Assembly (NCBI GenBank): GCA_951406725.2
Contig: OX597820.1
Coordinates: forward strand, 98,642,001-98,706,000
From: Octopus vulgaris
Taxonomy: Eukaryota
DNA: 64,000 nt
Direction: 5' to 3'
The position numbers and the translations under genes are program-made. Under the pieces are notes generated by a model. That model was not told the origin of the DNA. It made no database searches and saw only the letters and a program-made list of their open reading frames with translations. Below, in pieces: positions 25,666-38,657 of the stretch. The number at the start of each line of letters is the position of its first letter. The first letter of the stretch is position 1.

Positions 25666-26282
25666 TTTTATTATTATTATTATTCGGTCAATGTTTCTTT
25701 GGTAGAAATTGTCGGATGACATACTAAATAACCTGAACAATTTTTTAATTTGTCTGCGTATACTGGGATCCAATCGAGCTATAGTTGATTTTGCCTTTTA
25801 TTCTTCACGGGTCGATACGAATAAATCTAGAGAACAATAGTATTGTCTGGCTCACAATAGCAATCTGTATATCATACTGAAAGCAGACACACTATTGAAA
25901 GCTTTCTAAACTGTGCTGCTCTTCAGGATATAGTTTTCCCTACAGACGTGTGGTGTTAAAAAAGCACAAAATATTTCAGTAGCAGAGGAACGTCGTGCTG
26001 TAGTGATGGTGACATGCTGAATATATATTTCTGCTTCTTTGAGCTTCGCCGGTAGCATGTATTTGCTGCCCTCCCCGTACTAAGATGAAACCAGTCTCTA
26101 CTGATGTAATAAAACGGTGACTGATAAATGACTGATGTTGCAATTAACTGATAGTCGGAATAAGAACTAGTTATTAGAAAGAGGAGCAGTATTAGCTCAA
26201 AATAGCAATCTGTGCATCATTCTTAAAGTAGATACATAATTAGCAATACCACCACCGGAATTTGACGAATTTCGCCAGCTGC

Positions 26283-26382
<100 letters not shown>

Positions 26383-26796
26383 ATATATATATATATATAT
26401 AATTTTGATACTATTCATCTTTAACGCATGGTTCCTCGAGACGAATACTGCAGCTTATATGAAATATGTTTTAGTAGAGGTGTACTTAGATTTCCAGATC
26501 AGCTTCAAAGATAGATAAATAATTAGCTCAATATGTGTAACTACAGATTGGTATATATCGTATCTGCTTTGACCGAATTAATACATAGACACAAAAAAGT
26601 AAACGTTATGTCAGAAAAAATATTTTCGGCTTAACTCAGAATGCTCGAGATACTCTTTACTGAAGTGACTAAAATAGATCGAAACGCTTTGTTCTCAGTA
26701 AGCATTGCGTATTTTACGCATAAATCTCTTTGGGTTGTTCTCAGAGACAAAGTATTGGAGCTACTAACGTAACTAACCCTAAATGTTATACTGGGT

Positions 26797-27281
26797 AGAA
26801 TTCACAAAAAAAAACAAAAGACGAAGACAGGTGGTGTAAACAATAAACAGATGCATTAGTATAACGCTCGGGAAGTGAAAAAGTCTGTAACGTTTCGAGC
26901 CTACGTTCTTCCACAGAAAGAAACACAGAAAGAAACAAGGAAAGAAATTAAAGAATGTGTAGTAGCTAGCGATCTATCATGGCAAATGCCGGACAGAAGG
27001 GTCACACAGGAGAGGTAGGGAGAAGGGGGGATAATAAATCAGTGGTGATCCCAAAACGAAGGTGTGCGTGCGTGGGTATAAGAGGGTTTGTATGTCCGTG
27101 TAGAAGAGGGCTGGTGATCTTGAGGTGTGCGTGTGTGTATGTGTAGGTGTGAAAATGTGGGTCTGTTGTGATGTGATGTGTTGTGTGGTATGGTGGTGTA
27201 AGGTGTAGTTTAAGTGTAGTGTAGTGTGTGATAGTGTGTTGGGAGCTGGGGGAGACAGGAGTGGGGAAAGCAAGAGTGGGG
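26797..27281 (-). mobile_element. Dispersed repeat (Penelope pLTR-like) with hammerhead-like core; inverted relative to 30165-30684
   Basis: Reverse-complement match over about 480 bp to 30165-30684; shorter relative at 42550-42660. Confidence 0.75.
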
Positions 27282-27315
27282 CGTGTGTTAGGCAGATAGA
27301 TAAATGGACAGACAG

Positions 27316-27400
<85 letters not shown>

Positions 27401-27782
27401 TGGAAGCACTCCGTCGGTTACGACGTTGAGGGTTCCGGTTGATCCGATCAACGGAACAGCCTGCTCGTGAAATTAACGTGTAAGTGGCTGAGCACTCCAC
27501 AGACGCGTGTACCCTTAACGTAGTTCTCGGGGATATTCAGCGTGACACAGAGAGTGACAAGGCCGGCCCTTTGAAATACAGGTACAACAGAAACAGGAAG
27601 TAAGAGTGAGAGAAAGTTGTGGTGAAAGAGTACAGCAGGGATCACCATCATCCCTGCCGGAGACTCGTGGAGCTTTAGGCGTTTTCGCTCAATAAACATT
27701 CACAATGCTCGGTCTGGGAATCGAAACCGCGATCCTACGACCGTGAGTCAACTGCCCTAACCACTGGGCCATTGCGCCTCCT
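27401..27782 (-). mobile_element. tRNA-headed SINE with distinct body, embedded in (GATA)n
   Basis: Minus head ggaggcgcaatggcccagtggttagggc...ggtttcgattcccagaccg; its 3' tail recurs at 17344-17392. Confidence 0.75.
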
Positions 27783-27783
27783 C

Positions 27784-27847
<64 letters not shown>

Positions 27848-27968
27848 GGAATGACAAACAGACAGAGAGAGAGACAGACAGACAGATAGAAAGGTAGATA
27901 GATAGACCGACAGACAGACAGATTGATCGATAGATAGATAGATATATAGATAGATAGATTAATAGATA

Positions 27969-29112
27969 TGTTTCTTTATTAGCCACACAGGGCTGCACAC
28001 AGACAGGACAAATTACAAAGTAGAGATTTTCTTTTGGGGGTAAAAAAAGGGGGTTTGGTTTTCGATCAAAAGGGATCGTAAAAGGAAAGAAAGAGGACAA
28101 AAAAGGGGGAGGGATAAATTTTTTTAAAAAAGGGAAAGGACAAAAAATTGATCAATAGGGATCGTTATCACAGAAATGTCAATATGAAGTGTAAAGAGAA
28201 GGGACAGGTGAGGTTTACCCGTGGAAAGAAAAGCCTACGGAAAAGACCACGGTAACCTCGGTCAATGAAGTCACATGTTATATTTCTTTTTCTTTTTTTA
28301 CAAATAAGCAACTCTCTGTATTAATTTTTACGGTTCATAGGATCATAGTCAAGGTGGCTTCGTCATTCATACGTGCCATCCTTGCTACATTCACCCATCT
28401 TTTTTTAAAACATTCACTAGACAAAACTTGCCTCTCTACTCTCACTTTCCTCTTCAAGTGATACTTGAAGAAGTTGATGAGTGATTGACCAGAGAGGAAA
28501 GTGTTTGTTTCTAATCCTTTCAGGCGCGTCCACCAGATACATTCTTTCGCCATAGCCACAAGTATGATAAAAATAGCTCTTCCCTCCCGTTTGAAGGAAG
28601 GAGGCGTGACGATATTAACGATAGACTCGGCTGATAAACCGACACGTCCCACACGTGACAGCAGTCGTTCGACATAAGCCCACAGGTCGGAGATTGTTGG
28701 ACACTGCACGATTGCGTGCAGAGCGGTTTCGTCGCTCTGCCCGCATCTCGGGCAGGTCGGCCCCGTGTTTCTTGAGCCATGCCTATAGAGCTTATCCCGA
28801 ACGGGTAGCGCTTCTCGGTAGCAGTGACAGGCCAGGGATCTCTGGAAGTTGTCCATAGGTCCCGGCCCGAAAGTCGTTTCAAACAGGTGGGTCAGGTATT
28901 CCTCGTCGACGCCCAGGTTTGCCCCAAGATCGTCGTCGTACCTCCCCTCCATTAATCCCCTATAGAATGCTTTGGTTGTGTTGAAATCACTCAAGGTCGA
29001 CCCGGGACGGCAGAGTTGCTTGAGAGCAACGCGACACTCACGGTGCCATCGCCCTTCCTCGGCCTCTTTTTGATCCACGACTGCAGTTCGGTCATGGAGA
29101 CGAGCTGCGGGA
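27969..29112 (-). mobile_element. 5'-truncated L1/Tx1-clade LINE (C-terminal zinc-binding region + 3' UTR)
   Basis: ORF 28335-29078 has ALPVRDKL...CPRCGQSDETALHAIVQCP...LW (zf-RVT-type CCHC); 3' end aataaagaaac abuts (ATCT)n. Confidence 0.88.
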
Positions 29113-29150
29113 GGTAGGTATGTATGTAGGTAGGTAGGTAGGTAGGTAGG

Positions 29151-29181
<31 letters not shown>

Positions 29182-29275
29182 TCAGACAGTCAGTCAGACA
29201 GACTAACAGACAGATAGACAGTCAGACAGACAGTCAGACAGACAGACATACAGACATACAGACAGACAGACAGAC

Positions 29276-29345
<70 letters not shown>

Positions 29346-30164
29346 GCTTTTACACAGGTTTCGTCAAGCAAACACACTCACAACGCATTAGTTGGCTTGG
29401 TGTCATAGTAGAAGCGACACTTGCTTCAGATACCGTAAATTCTTTAAAAGCACAACGATGCCTGGGCGCTTTCTGCCCTTTTCACAATATTCTCCGGAAA
29501 AGGAAGAGTAAGTCTTACTTTCGCAAATATAAATATATTTTAACATCGCGTTATTTACATGTAGAAAAACATTTATGGCTATTGTCGTCGCTTAGCAGTA
29601 TTACAGCAGTTTAAAACTAATTAAAATTATATAACTAGTAATGTATCATAGCAGAGGAGTTGAACGCGAAATACATGACGTCACTGTGCGTTTTGTACAC
29701 CGAAATTCTTTAGATTTATTTTTCAGATTAGAATGATACATTAGAAATATACACTTTTAAGTTTATCTCTATAAGTTTCATATAGACTTCAGAGCCAGCA
29801 ATGCAAATTACAATGTTTCGTAAAGGAATACGTCTATGTAAGCAATGCGATCGAAAAAAAAAATGTGATGTGTGTATATATATATTTCAAGACATATTGC
29901 TCTTTCATCAGCACCGCATCCAAACAATCAACTATCGACGATCATATTGCGTAAATACCCACTATTTTTAGCGGCGTAACACAACTGGATAGACCAATTT
30001 ATATATTAAACACAGTCCTGGCAACTTGTATATGCATATTAATTCTCTATCATTCCTCATCTCACCCCATCCCTTACACCCACTCTCACATACCCCACCT
30101 TTACCCTCAGGCTCCGCCTACCCACATACCCCACCTTTACCCCCACCCTCAGCCTAATCCACAC

Positions 30165-30684
30165 CCTACCCTTGCTTTCCTCACTCTTGTCTCCCCCACC
30201 TCCCAACACCATCACACCACACCACACAGCACTACACCTTACACTACCATACCAAACAACACATCACATCACAACACGCCACCACGCACACATCAGCACT
30301 GACCACTTCCCAGACCCACATTTTCAAACCTACACATACACATAGGCACACGTCAAGATCACTAGCTCTATTTCACACGGACATACAAACTCTCTTATAC
30401 CCACACACGTGCACCTTCGTTTTGGGATCACCACAACTTTACTATCTCCCCTTCTCCTTAGCTCTCCTGTGCGACCCTTTTGTCCGGCATTTACCATGAC
30501 AGATCGCTAGCCACTACACATTCTTGTTTTCTTTCCTTGTTTCTTTCTGTATTTCTTTTTGTAGAAGAGCGTAGGCTCGAAACGTTAAAGACTTTTTCAC
30601 TTCCCGGACGTTATACTAATACATCTGTTTGTTGTCTACACCACCTGTCTTCGTCTTTTGCTTTTTTTTCTGTGAATTCTCCCC
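30165..30684 (+). mobile_element. Second copy of the 26.8-kb repeat
   Basis: Reverse-complement homology to 26797-27281. Confidence 0.75.
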
Positions 30685-30717
30685 ATATATTACACGCTCA
30701 CGTGGTCACACCAGTTA

Positions 30718-30860
30718 ATCCTGTCTCCTCTCAGCACCCACGAACTTCTACGGATTCTACACTTCTACGGATTCTACCTGTCTCTTCTCATCACCCAGGA
30801 AATTCTACGAATTCTACCTGTCTCCTCTCATCTCCCACGAACTTCTACTGGAATTTCTAC
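30718..30860. repeat. Short tandem repeat of about 40 bp (cctgtctcctctca..ccca.gaacttctacggattcta), about 3 copies
   Basis: Directly visible. Confidence 0.65.
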
Positions 30861-31786
30861 ACTTCAACTGCACCTCTCGAGCCTATAGATTACACTGGAC
30901 TCCTCTATAAATGTTTTACTCAATGCTATATTAATTTAAGACTGTTTCAAGTACTTAAATTAATCTAATGTGAGATATTCATCACCCAGGAGACTAAATC
31001 AGGTCGAAACACGTTGTTTTCACCAGCGTTCTTAGCGTATATTGATTTAATATATAGAAATATTATTAATAATCATTTCTAAAATAGGCATAAGTCCTGA
31101 AAATGAATGGTGGGCGGAGGATAGCCAATTATTTCAACTCCAGTATTTGACTGGTATAATATCATATCAATCCCTCTAGGAAGATAGACAAAGCTGGCCG
31201 CAAGGAGATTTTAAGTCAAGAGGAAGTGAGCCGGGACAAATAGCTCAACCATTTTGTCCGTACTCTAACGATTATATCTATAGTGCCACCGAAGACGGAT
31301 TTGCTTAGACACACTTCTAACAAGAGCTATTAATTTCTCCTCATATCTTTCCGTAGCTCCAATTTTGTGCGTGCTGAGCACTGTAGGGTGAAATTGGTGC
31401 ATTCTCAGACAAAACTATGAAGAAAGTAATGTAAGTCTTCAACCATCTCAACTGTGTTGTAACAGGCATGATGACAGATGTATTTAAATTGTATAAATTT
31501 GATGCCGTCTTTTGACAATAAGTAAACTAATATGTTGTGGCTGGTACCTACCATTTGGTAGAGTATACTAAAGAACAGCATCGGAAGGAGGGTTGTATTT
31601 ACTAATCGAATTTGACCGAGCGGCAAACATTAGTTCGTTGTACGTCATAGGAATTCACCTCAGACCTGCTTTTTGTTAAGTTCAAACAACTCACGTGTTG
31701 CATATTTCTAGTTGACAATCATAAACATAGACATTTTACACAGACTTATCTACAAATATATGAGTGTGTATTTCTGCTTTTTTATG

Positions 31787-31853
<67 letters not shown>

Positions 31854-32163
31854 ATTCTCAAGTCAAAAGTGACGACAAACACTGACGAAATTGTAAAATA
31901 CTTGTGGTGGTAAAATTTATTACACACAGGAGTTGACAGTGACATCAAGTTTCGCCTGTCGAGACTTATTTAAATTGTTTAAAAAGCCTCAAGAGACTAA
32001 AATTGAAGTTGCTCTCACGCGTGATATGTGCGTGTGCGTGCGTGTGAATGTATATATGTATGTATATATGTATGTGCATATATATATATTTATAAATATG
32101 TGTGTGTGTGTATGTGACTATATATATGTATATATGTGTATGCATATATATATATGTACGAAA

Positions 32164-32203
<40 letters not shown>

Positions 32204-32436
32204 CACAGAGCAAAGTCTTACGGCCTTAAAACACAAATCAAGAGTGACCGAAAAGATGTTGAGTTGCTGCCATGCTGAAGTGACTTACCGAAAAGGGTCA
32301 TAGGAGAAGGGAGATAGTGGTACTTAACGGAAAGGGATAGAGGTAGGTAGTTTCAGGTGAGTTAAAGAAGATGGGATAATGTTGAAAGAGTAGAGACTGT
32401 GATGTAAGCAGGAACTGTCTAGAGTGATAAGGCTCA

Positions 32437-32667
32437 TAGGGCCCGGTTATCCGGTTGCCATGGTGTGAAAGTGACCGGAATCATAACATCCTGCTTGAAC
32501 GGGATGCCAGTCTGTCACAGTGTTACTCATTTACAGCTCAGTGAACCGGTGCAACGTGAAATGAAGTGTTTTGCCCAAGAACACAACGTACCGACTGGTC
32601 CAGAAAACGAAACCATGATCTTACGATCATAGGTGTAACCACCTAACCATTAAGATACTCATCTTCA
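32437..32667 (-). mobile_element. Family-C-like SINE (old)
   Basis: gcaacgtgaaatgaagtgttttgcccaagaacacaac...cgaaacc...ctaaccatta. Confidence 0.6.
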
Positions 32668-32767
32668 TAGAGAACAGTGATATAGTGAAGGGAAAAGAAG
32701 GGGAGATAAATTGGGGGGAAAGAAAGAGAGTGATTTTCGTGTCTGTCATTGTGAGGCCAATTATATT

Positions 32768-32985
32768 TATTTCTTTACTACCCACAAGGGGCTAAACACA
32801 GAGGGGACAAACAAGGACAGACAAACGGATTAAGTTGATTGCATCGACTCCAGTGCGTAACTGGTACTTAATTTATCGACCCCGAAAGGATGAAAGGCAA
32901 AGTCGACCTCGGCGGAATTTGAACTCGGAACGTAACGACAGACGAAAATACGGCTACGCATTTCGCCCGGCGTGCTAACGTTTCT
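32768..32985 (-). mobile_element. Family-A SINE
   Basis: Reverse complement of consensus. Confidence 0.88.
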
Positions 32986-33221
32986 CGAGTTTATGTTAAA
33001 AAGTAAGTTTACTTTAAATTAAAAGTTATCATTTTAATGATTTTTTAAATAAAGTTACATGGATGTGTGGTTAAGAAGCTTATTTTGCAACCATATTTTG
33101 GGGGTTCAGTTCCACCGAATTGGGTATCTTCTACAATAGCTACAGGTCAACCAATACCTTGGAAATTATTTTGGTAGACGGAAACTATGTGGAAGCCTTT
33201 CGAATATTTATTTAGGGTAAA

Positions 33222-33535
33222 GACCACCTTCGGTCATGAATGACCCTTAGATTGAACCTAGAAAGTTACGCTTCGAAGCACAAATCCGGGCAAGGTTGTT
33301 TATGGAGTGGCCCAGGCATACCTCGCCTCCCCACGTCACCGACGTTATCGAAGGGAAAGGCAAAGACTGATACAGCTTAGCACGAGTGACATCGCAACTC
33401 ATTTCTACAGCTGAGTGAACTGGAGCAACGTAAAATAAAGTGTCTTGCTCAATACAGCGCAGCCCAGTCCGGGAATCGAACTCACCTCATGATTGTAAGT
33501 CCGACGCTCAAACCACTGAGATATGTGCCTTCACT
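33222..33535 (-). mobile_element. Family-C SINE
   Basis: Homologous to 1-261. Confidence 0.75.
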
Positions 33536-34020
33536 TAGTGCATGTGTGCGTGTGAGTATATTTACCCATTCCACCGCTAGACAACCGGTCTTGGTTTGCT
33601 TACATCCCGTTATCTAGCAATTCATCAAAAGAGCCAGTACCAGCCTAAAAACAATACAGAAGTACCGGAGTCGATTTGCTTGACTAAAATCCTTCTGGGT
33701 GTTGCCCCAGCCTGGCCGTAGTGCAATGAATGAAGTAAGTAAAAGACAAAAAATACAAACAGAAATATAAAACATTTTTCAAAAATTTTTTTATATTATT
33801 TTATATTCAAATATTGGGCAAAACATTAAAATGTTCAGGTTTTACTGTAAAAGTAACACAACTGGATAGACCAATTTATATATTAAACATATTCCTGGCA
33901 ACTTGTATATGCATATTAGTTGCTAGCAATGAAACAGGATTTCGTTTTGCAACCATAATATACTACCAAGTATATAAAAGGTTTGTCCCTATATATTTTT
34001 AATTCATATACAATGCAATA

Positions 34021-34355
34021 GGTGCCGAGTGGCTGTGTGGTGAGAAGCTTGCTTCCCAACCACGTAGTTCTGGTTTTAGTCCCACTGTGTGGCACCTTGG
34101 GCAAGTGTCTTCTACTACAGCCTTGAGCCGACCAAAGCCTTGTGAGTGGATTTGGTAGACGGAAACTGAAAGAAGCCCGTCGTATACAATCGATGCTGAT
34201 ATGATTACATCCCCATAACTTAGCGGGGTGGCAAAGGAGACCGACAGAATAAGTACTAGGCTTACAAAGTATAAGTTCTGGTGTCGGTTTCTTCGACTAT
34301 AGGAAGTGCTCCAGCATGGCCGCAGTCAAATGACTGACACAAGTAAAAGAATAAA
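34021..34355 (+). mobile_element. Family-B SINE lacking the internal microsatellite segment
   Basis: gcccgtcgtatac joined directly to aatcgatgctg. Confidence 0.82.
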
Positions 34356-35265
34356 AGTATAAAAATACAATGCAATGATGATATAGAAGACAAACAACTA
34401 TAATTTCGAAATATGACACAAGGCCAGAAATTTTAGGGCATGGGGATTAGTCGATTACATCGACCCCAGTACTTTACTAGCACTTTATTTTATCGACCCT
34501 GAAATTTTGAAAAGCAAAACTTTTCTTCGCACCAACCGCGACCTTGTGGTAATTGTCTCGGTTCCACTGCATTCAGTTTGAGTCGAGGTTGTTGGTCAGC
34601 ATATGTATATGTTTCATTGTTAGAAACTGTTTTCGTCTATATATAGGTCAATTGTTCTGGTTGGGTGCTCACAGTTGTCGGTTAACTTCTTGTTTGTTTC
34701 TACATAGCCCGAATACCTAACTCTTCTTCCACCTCGCTGCGTACTTGTACATATATAAACTCTGCTTTGCAATTAACGAAACAATCAATAACGCATTTCA
34801 CTTTAAAACGCCCACCACCACCACCACCACCACCAAGCAATTTATTATCATCTACTAATATAATAATGAGCGTAATGTTTTTATATATTTGTCCAGAATC
34901 TTGCCGGACGCGGAGGAAGAGAGAAAATAGTAACTCAGGGAAGGAGAAGTAGTGAGAGTTATAACCCTGACTGAGAGGTAGTGAGAGAAAGTAATAGCAA
35001 TGAGAGAACGTAAGGGGTGATAGATGAATAAGGAAGGAAGGGGTCAAAAAAAAATCAGCATTTCAACTCTGTGTGAGTGATTGTGTGTATGTATGTGCAT
35101 GTACAAGGGAGGTATGTGAATGTATGTGTGATTATTATGTACTTTATTTCGTACCTTATTTATGTATAAAATACTACAATTAGCCGTCGTTATTGACGGC
35201 ACGTGGTCAGCTAGTAAATTGATAAATGTAAAGGTGAATGCAACTGTATATGTGTGTGTATGTGT

Positions 35266-35301
<36 letters not shown>

Positions 35302-35460
35302 AAGAGAAATTGGGAAGAAATTTATGTCGGGAGAAAAAGAGTGTTTGTGCTTGTGTGTGAGAGAGAAAGGGACAGAGAAAGAGGGAGAAAGAGAGAGAGG
35401 GTATATGTAAAAGAGAAGGTCATGGTGTGTCTGTGAGAAATATATATATATATATATATA

Positions 35461-35831
35461 TACTCTTTTACTTGTTTCAGTCATTTGACTGCGGCCATGC
35501 TGGAGCACCGCCTTTAGTCGAGCAAATCGACCCCAGGACTTATTCTTTGTAAGCCTAGTACTTATTCTATCGGTCTTTTTTCCGAACCGCTACGTTACGG
35601 GGACGTAAACACACCAGCATCGCTTGTCAAGCGATGTTGGGGGGACAAACACAGACACACAAACACACGTACATGATATATATACATATATACGATGGGC
35701 TTCTTTCAGTTTCCATGTACCAAATCCACTCACAAGGCTTTCGTCAGCCCGAGGCTTTAGTAGAAGTCACTTGCCCAAGATGCCACGCAGTGGGACTGAA
35801 CCTAGAACTACTTACCACACAGCCACTCCTG

Positions 35832-35832
<1 letters not shown>
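35461..35832 (-). mobile_element. Family-B SINE
   Basis: Reverse complement of consensus; (TA)n on both sides. Confidence 0.85.
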
Positions 35833-35888
<56 letters not shown>

Positions 35889-36086
35889 ATATATATATAG
35901 TGTGTGTGTGTGTGTGCAAGTACGTACGTGTGACGTGTGTGTCAGTGTGTGTGTGTGCGCGTGCGTGAGTGTGAGTGCGTGTATGCGCGCGCGCATGTGT
36001 GGGCTTGAGTGTGGAGTAGAGTAAAAAATTTAGAAGAGCAGCGAATAGAGGTGGTGTACGAAAGCGATAGTAATAATGCTAATGTG

Positions 36087-36131
<45 letters not shown>

Positions 36132-36446
36132 GAAATGCAGAGAGTAAGAGGAAGAGGGACTAAGAAAGAGAGAAAGAGAGAGAAATATGGATGTGAAAGA
36201 GAAAGCGACTGTGTATGAGACAAAATAAAATTTTTGTACGATATGAGAGTGTGTATGAGAAAGGGAGAAAGAGAGACATGTACTGAATGGGTGTGTGCGA
36301 GTGAAGGAGAGGTAGTGTGTCAAAGTGAACTAGAGATGGAGGGTATACGTGTGAGATATAGTCAAACAGAGATAGAATGTGTTTACATCTATATGTGACC
36401 GATACAGTGTGTGCGTGTGCAGGTCAGAGGCAATGTATGAACATAG

Positions 36447-36864
36447 TAAGGCGGCGAGCTGGCAGAAACGTTAGCACGCCGGGCGAAATGCGTAGCCGTA
36501 TTTCGTCTGCCGTTACGTTCCGAGTTCAAATTCCGCCGAGGTCGACTTTGCCTTTCATCCTCTCGGGGTCGATAAATTAAGTACCAGTTACGCACTGGAG
36601 TCGATGTAATCGACTTAATCCCTCTGTCTGTCCTTGTTTGTCCCTTCTATGTTTAGCCCCTTGTGGGTAATAAAGAAATAGGTACTTCGTCTGTCTTTAC
36701 GTTCTGAGTTCAAATTCTGCCGAGGTCGACTTTGCCTTTCATCCTTTCGGGGTCGATAAATTAAGTACCAGTTACGCACTGGGGTCGATATAATCGACTT
36801 AATCCCTTTGTCTGTCCTTGTTTGTCCCCTCTATGTTTAGTCCCTTGTGGGTAGTAAAGAAATA
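36447..36864 (+). mobile_element. Dimeric family-A SINE with 15-bp TSD
   Basis: aatgtatgaacatag at 36432-36446 and 36865-36879; body duplicated. Confidence 0.9.
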
Positions 36865-36917
36865 AATGTATGAACATAGCAAACACATAGACCGGTAACA
36901 GGAGTATCATACGTCTA

Positions 36918-36955
<38 letters not shown>

Positions 36956-37764
36956 TGCGTGAGAGAGAGAGAGAGGGGGAGAGAGAGAGAGAAATAAAAT
37001 ACAACGAAAGAGATTATATGTAGTGCGTGTGTGTGATGTAGAAGAAAAATGCAGGGAAGTAAAGAGTACGCATGTACGTTTTGTGTGTATATAGAAGATA
37101 TTAGTATGTGCCTAAGTAAAAAGTATGTACGTATGTGAGTGTGTGAATGTGTCTGTAGGTGTACGTGTGCGCCTGGGATGAAGAATAGAAAGAGAGAGAA
37201 AGAGAGAGAGAGTGGTGTGTGAGTATGTGTTGTGTGCTGTATTCGTAAAGAAAATAAAAGAAAGAAAAAAAAATATTATTTAAAAATGTTAAGTCTTTTT
37301 ATTTTTTCTCCGCCCCACCATTTCTGAACACTTTGTGAAGACTGACAGGAATTTCTGAAATAATAACCAAAAGAAACAATCCCTCACCACCTCCCCGCTA
37401 AAAAAAAACTGATAAAATACATGTTTACATGTTTACATGTTTAAACAAACCAAAATGTGCTGAGCTAAATAGTATACATAGAAGAAAAGACACAAATGTG
37501 TGGTCCCCCAGGTGACGCTGAAAACCATGTTTCTTCGTTCACATTTCTTTGTCATGTTTATTATACTTACGGGTCCTCCTTGCTCCAATGGGAATTAGTT
37601 TACCTTTGCCTAGAAATGTCACACAACTAGAACCATTCCCCATTACCTGCCTTCTTTCAATTTTTGATTAATTTTGATTAACTTAAATTACAAAGTTGTC
37701 TCCCACGTCATTAGAGTAACTGTAATTTGTCCCTCACTAATATGATATAATTTAGTTAACCCAA

Positions 37765-37925
37765 CAATGTTATTAGTAAGGAGTTTTGTTTCACAACCAT
37801 TTGGTTCTAGGGTCAGTCCCACTGCGTGGCACCTCAAGTAAGTGTATTCTACTATAGCCCCGAGTCAACCAACTCATTGTGAGTGGACGGATAATGAAAA
37901 AAGCCTACCACATATGTGTGTGTGA

Positions 37926-37956
<31 letters not shown>

Positions 37957-38185
37957 GGGGGGGTCGGTGTGAGTGAGACTCTGTGTTTGCGTTTGTCCCC
38001 CACCACCGCTTGCCAACAAATGTTGGTTTCTTTACCGTCTCGTAAATTAGCAGGTCGGCAAAAGTGACAAATGGAATAAGAATCTGGCTTAAAAACAAAT
38101 AAGTACTGAGTTCGATTCGTTCGACTAAAATTTTTGAAGGAGGTGCTCCAGCATGGCTGCAATCCAATGATTAAGAGAAATAAAA
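37765..38185 (+). mobile_element. Family-B SINE (older; internal TG/AG repeat)
   Basis: gtcagtcccactgcgtggcacc...ggtgctccagcatggctgcaatccaatga. Confidence 0.75.
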
Positions 38186-38266
38186 GGTAACAGGTAAGAA
38201 TTCAGCAATTATCGTATTATTTATTATCGTATATATTTTACGTGTGTCCTTCAAATATTCGAATTA

Positions 38267-38657
38267 CTTACTTACTTGTACTTGTGGTGACATTCACCCT
38301 GGGCGGGTTGAGTCGGCTTCTTCCACCACCCTCGAGGCATTGTATTCGCCATTGAGAAATCATGAAAGAAGTTTCGTGGGAATGTGTGGATTTGACAAGC
38401 GGTCCCCAACAATCCCGCATGTAGAGACATCCTGTTTGCTGCAGATTGTTCGCAGACGCAGGGGCAGAACGACCGAGGAGCCGCCGGTTGCCGAAACAGA
38501 CATTCCCAGGATTTTCACCAGAGCCCCGTCTGCCGGATTGTGGCCCTAATACCACTTGGTGGCCCTACCAGGAACCGAAGTTCCCGACGGCATAGCTCTG
38601 ACACTACCCGTTGCCAGCGTCACCACCACGGTGAGGAGGAGATGGACTTTGGGGACA
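38267..38657 (-). mobile_element. Internally deleted (bipartite) RTE-clade non-autonomous element with 15-bp TSD
   Basis: caaatattcgaatta at 38252-38266 and 38658-38672; minus 5' part carries gagctatgccg...ctggtagggccacc as in RTE 5' UTRs; (AAGT)n 3' tail. Confidence 0.7.

Noticed and set aside
26655-26702. CTGAAGT...GAAAC hammerhead-like string (similar at about 30990-31020)
   Set aside because: Core and cleavage triplet do not fit and stems could not be built.
30480-30968. 162-aa ORF
   Set aside because: Runs across a dispersed repeat and a short tandem repeat; no domain signal.
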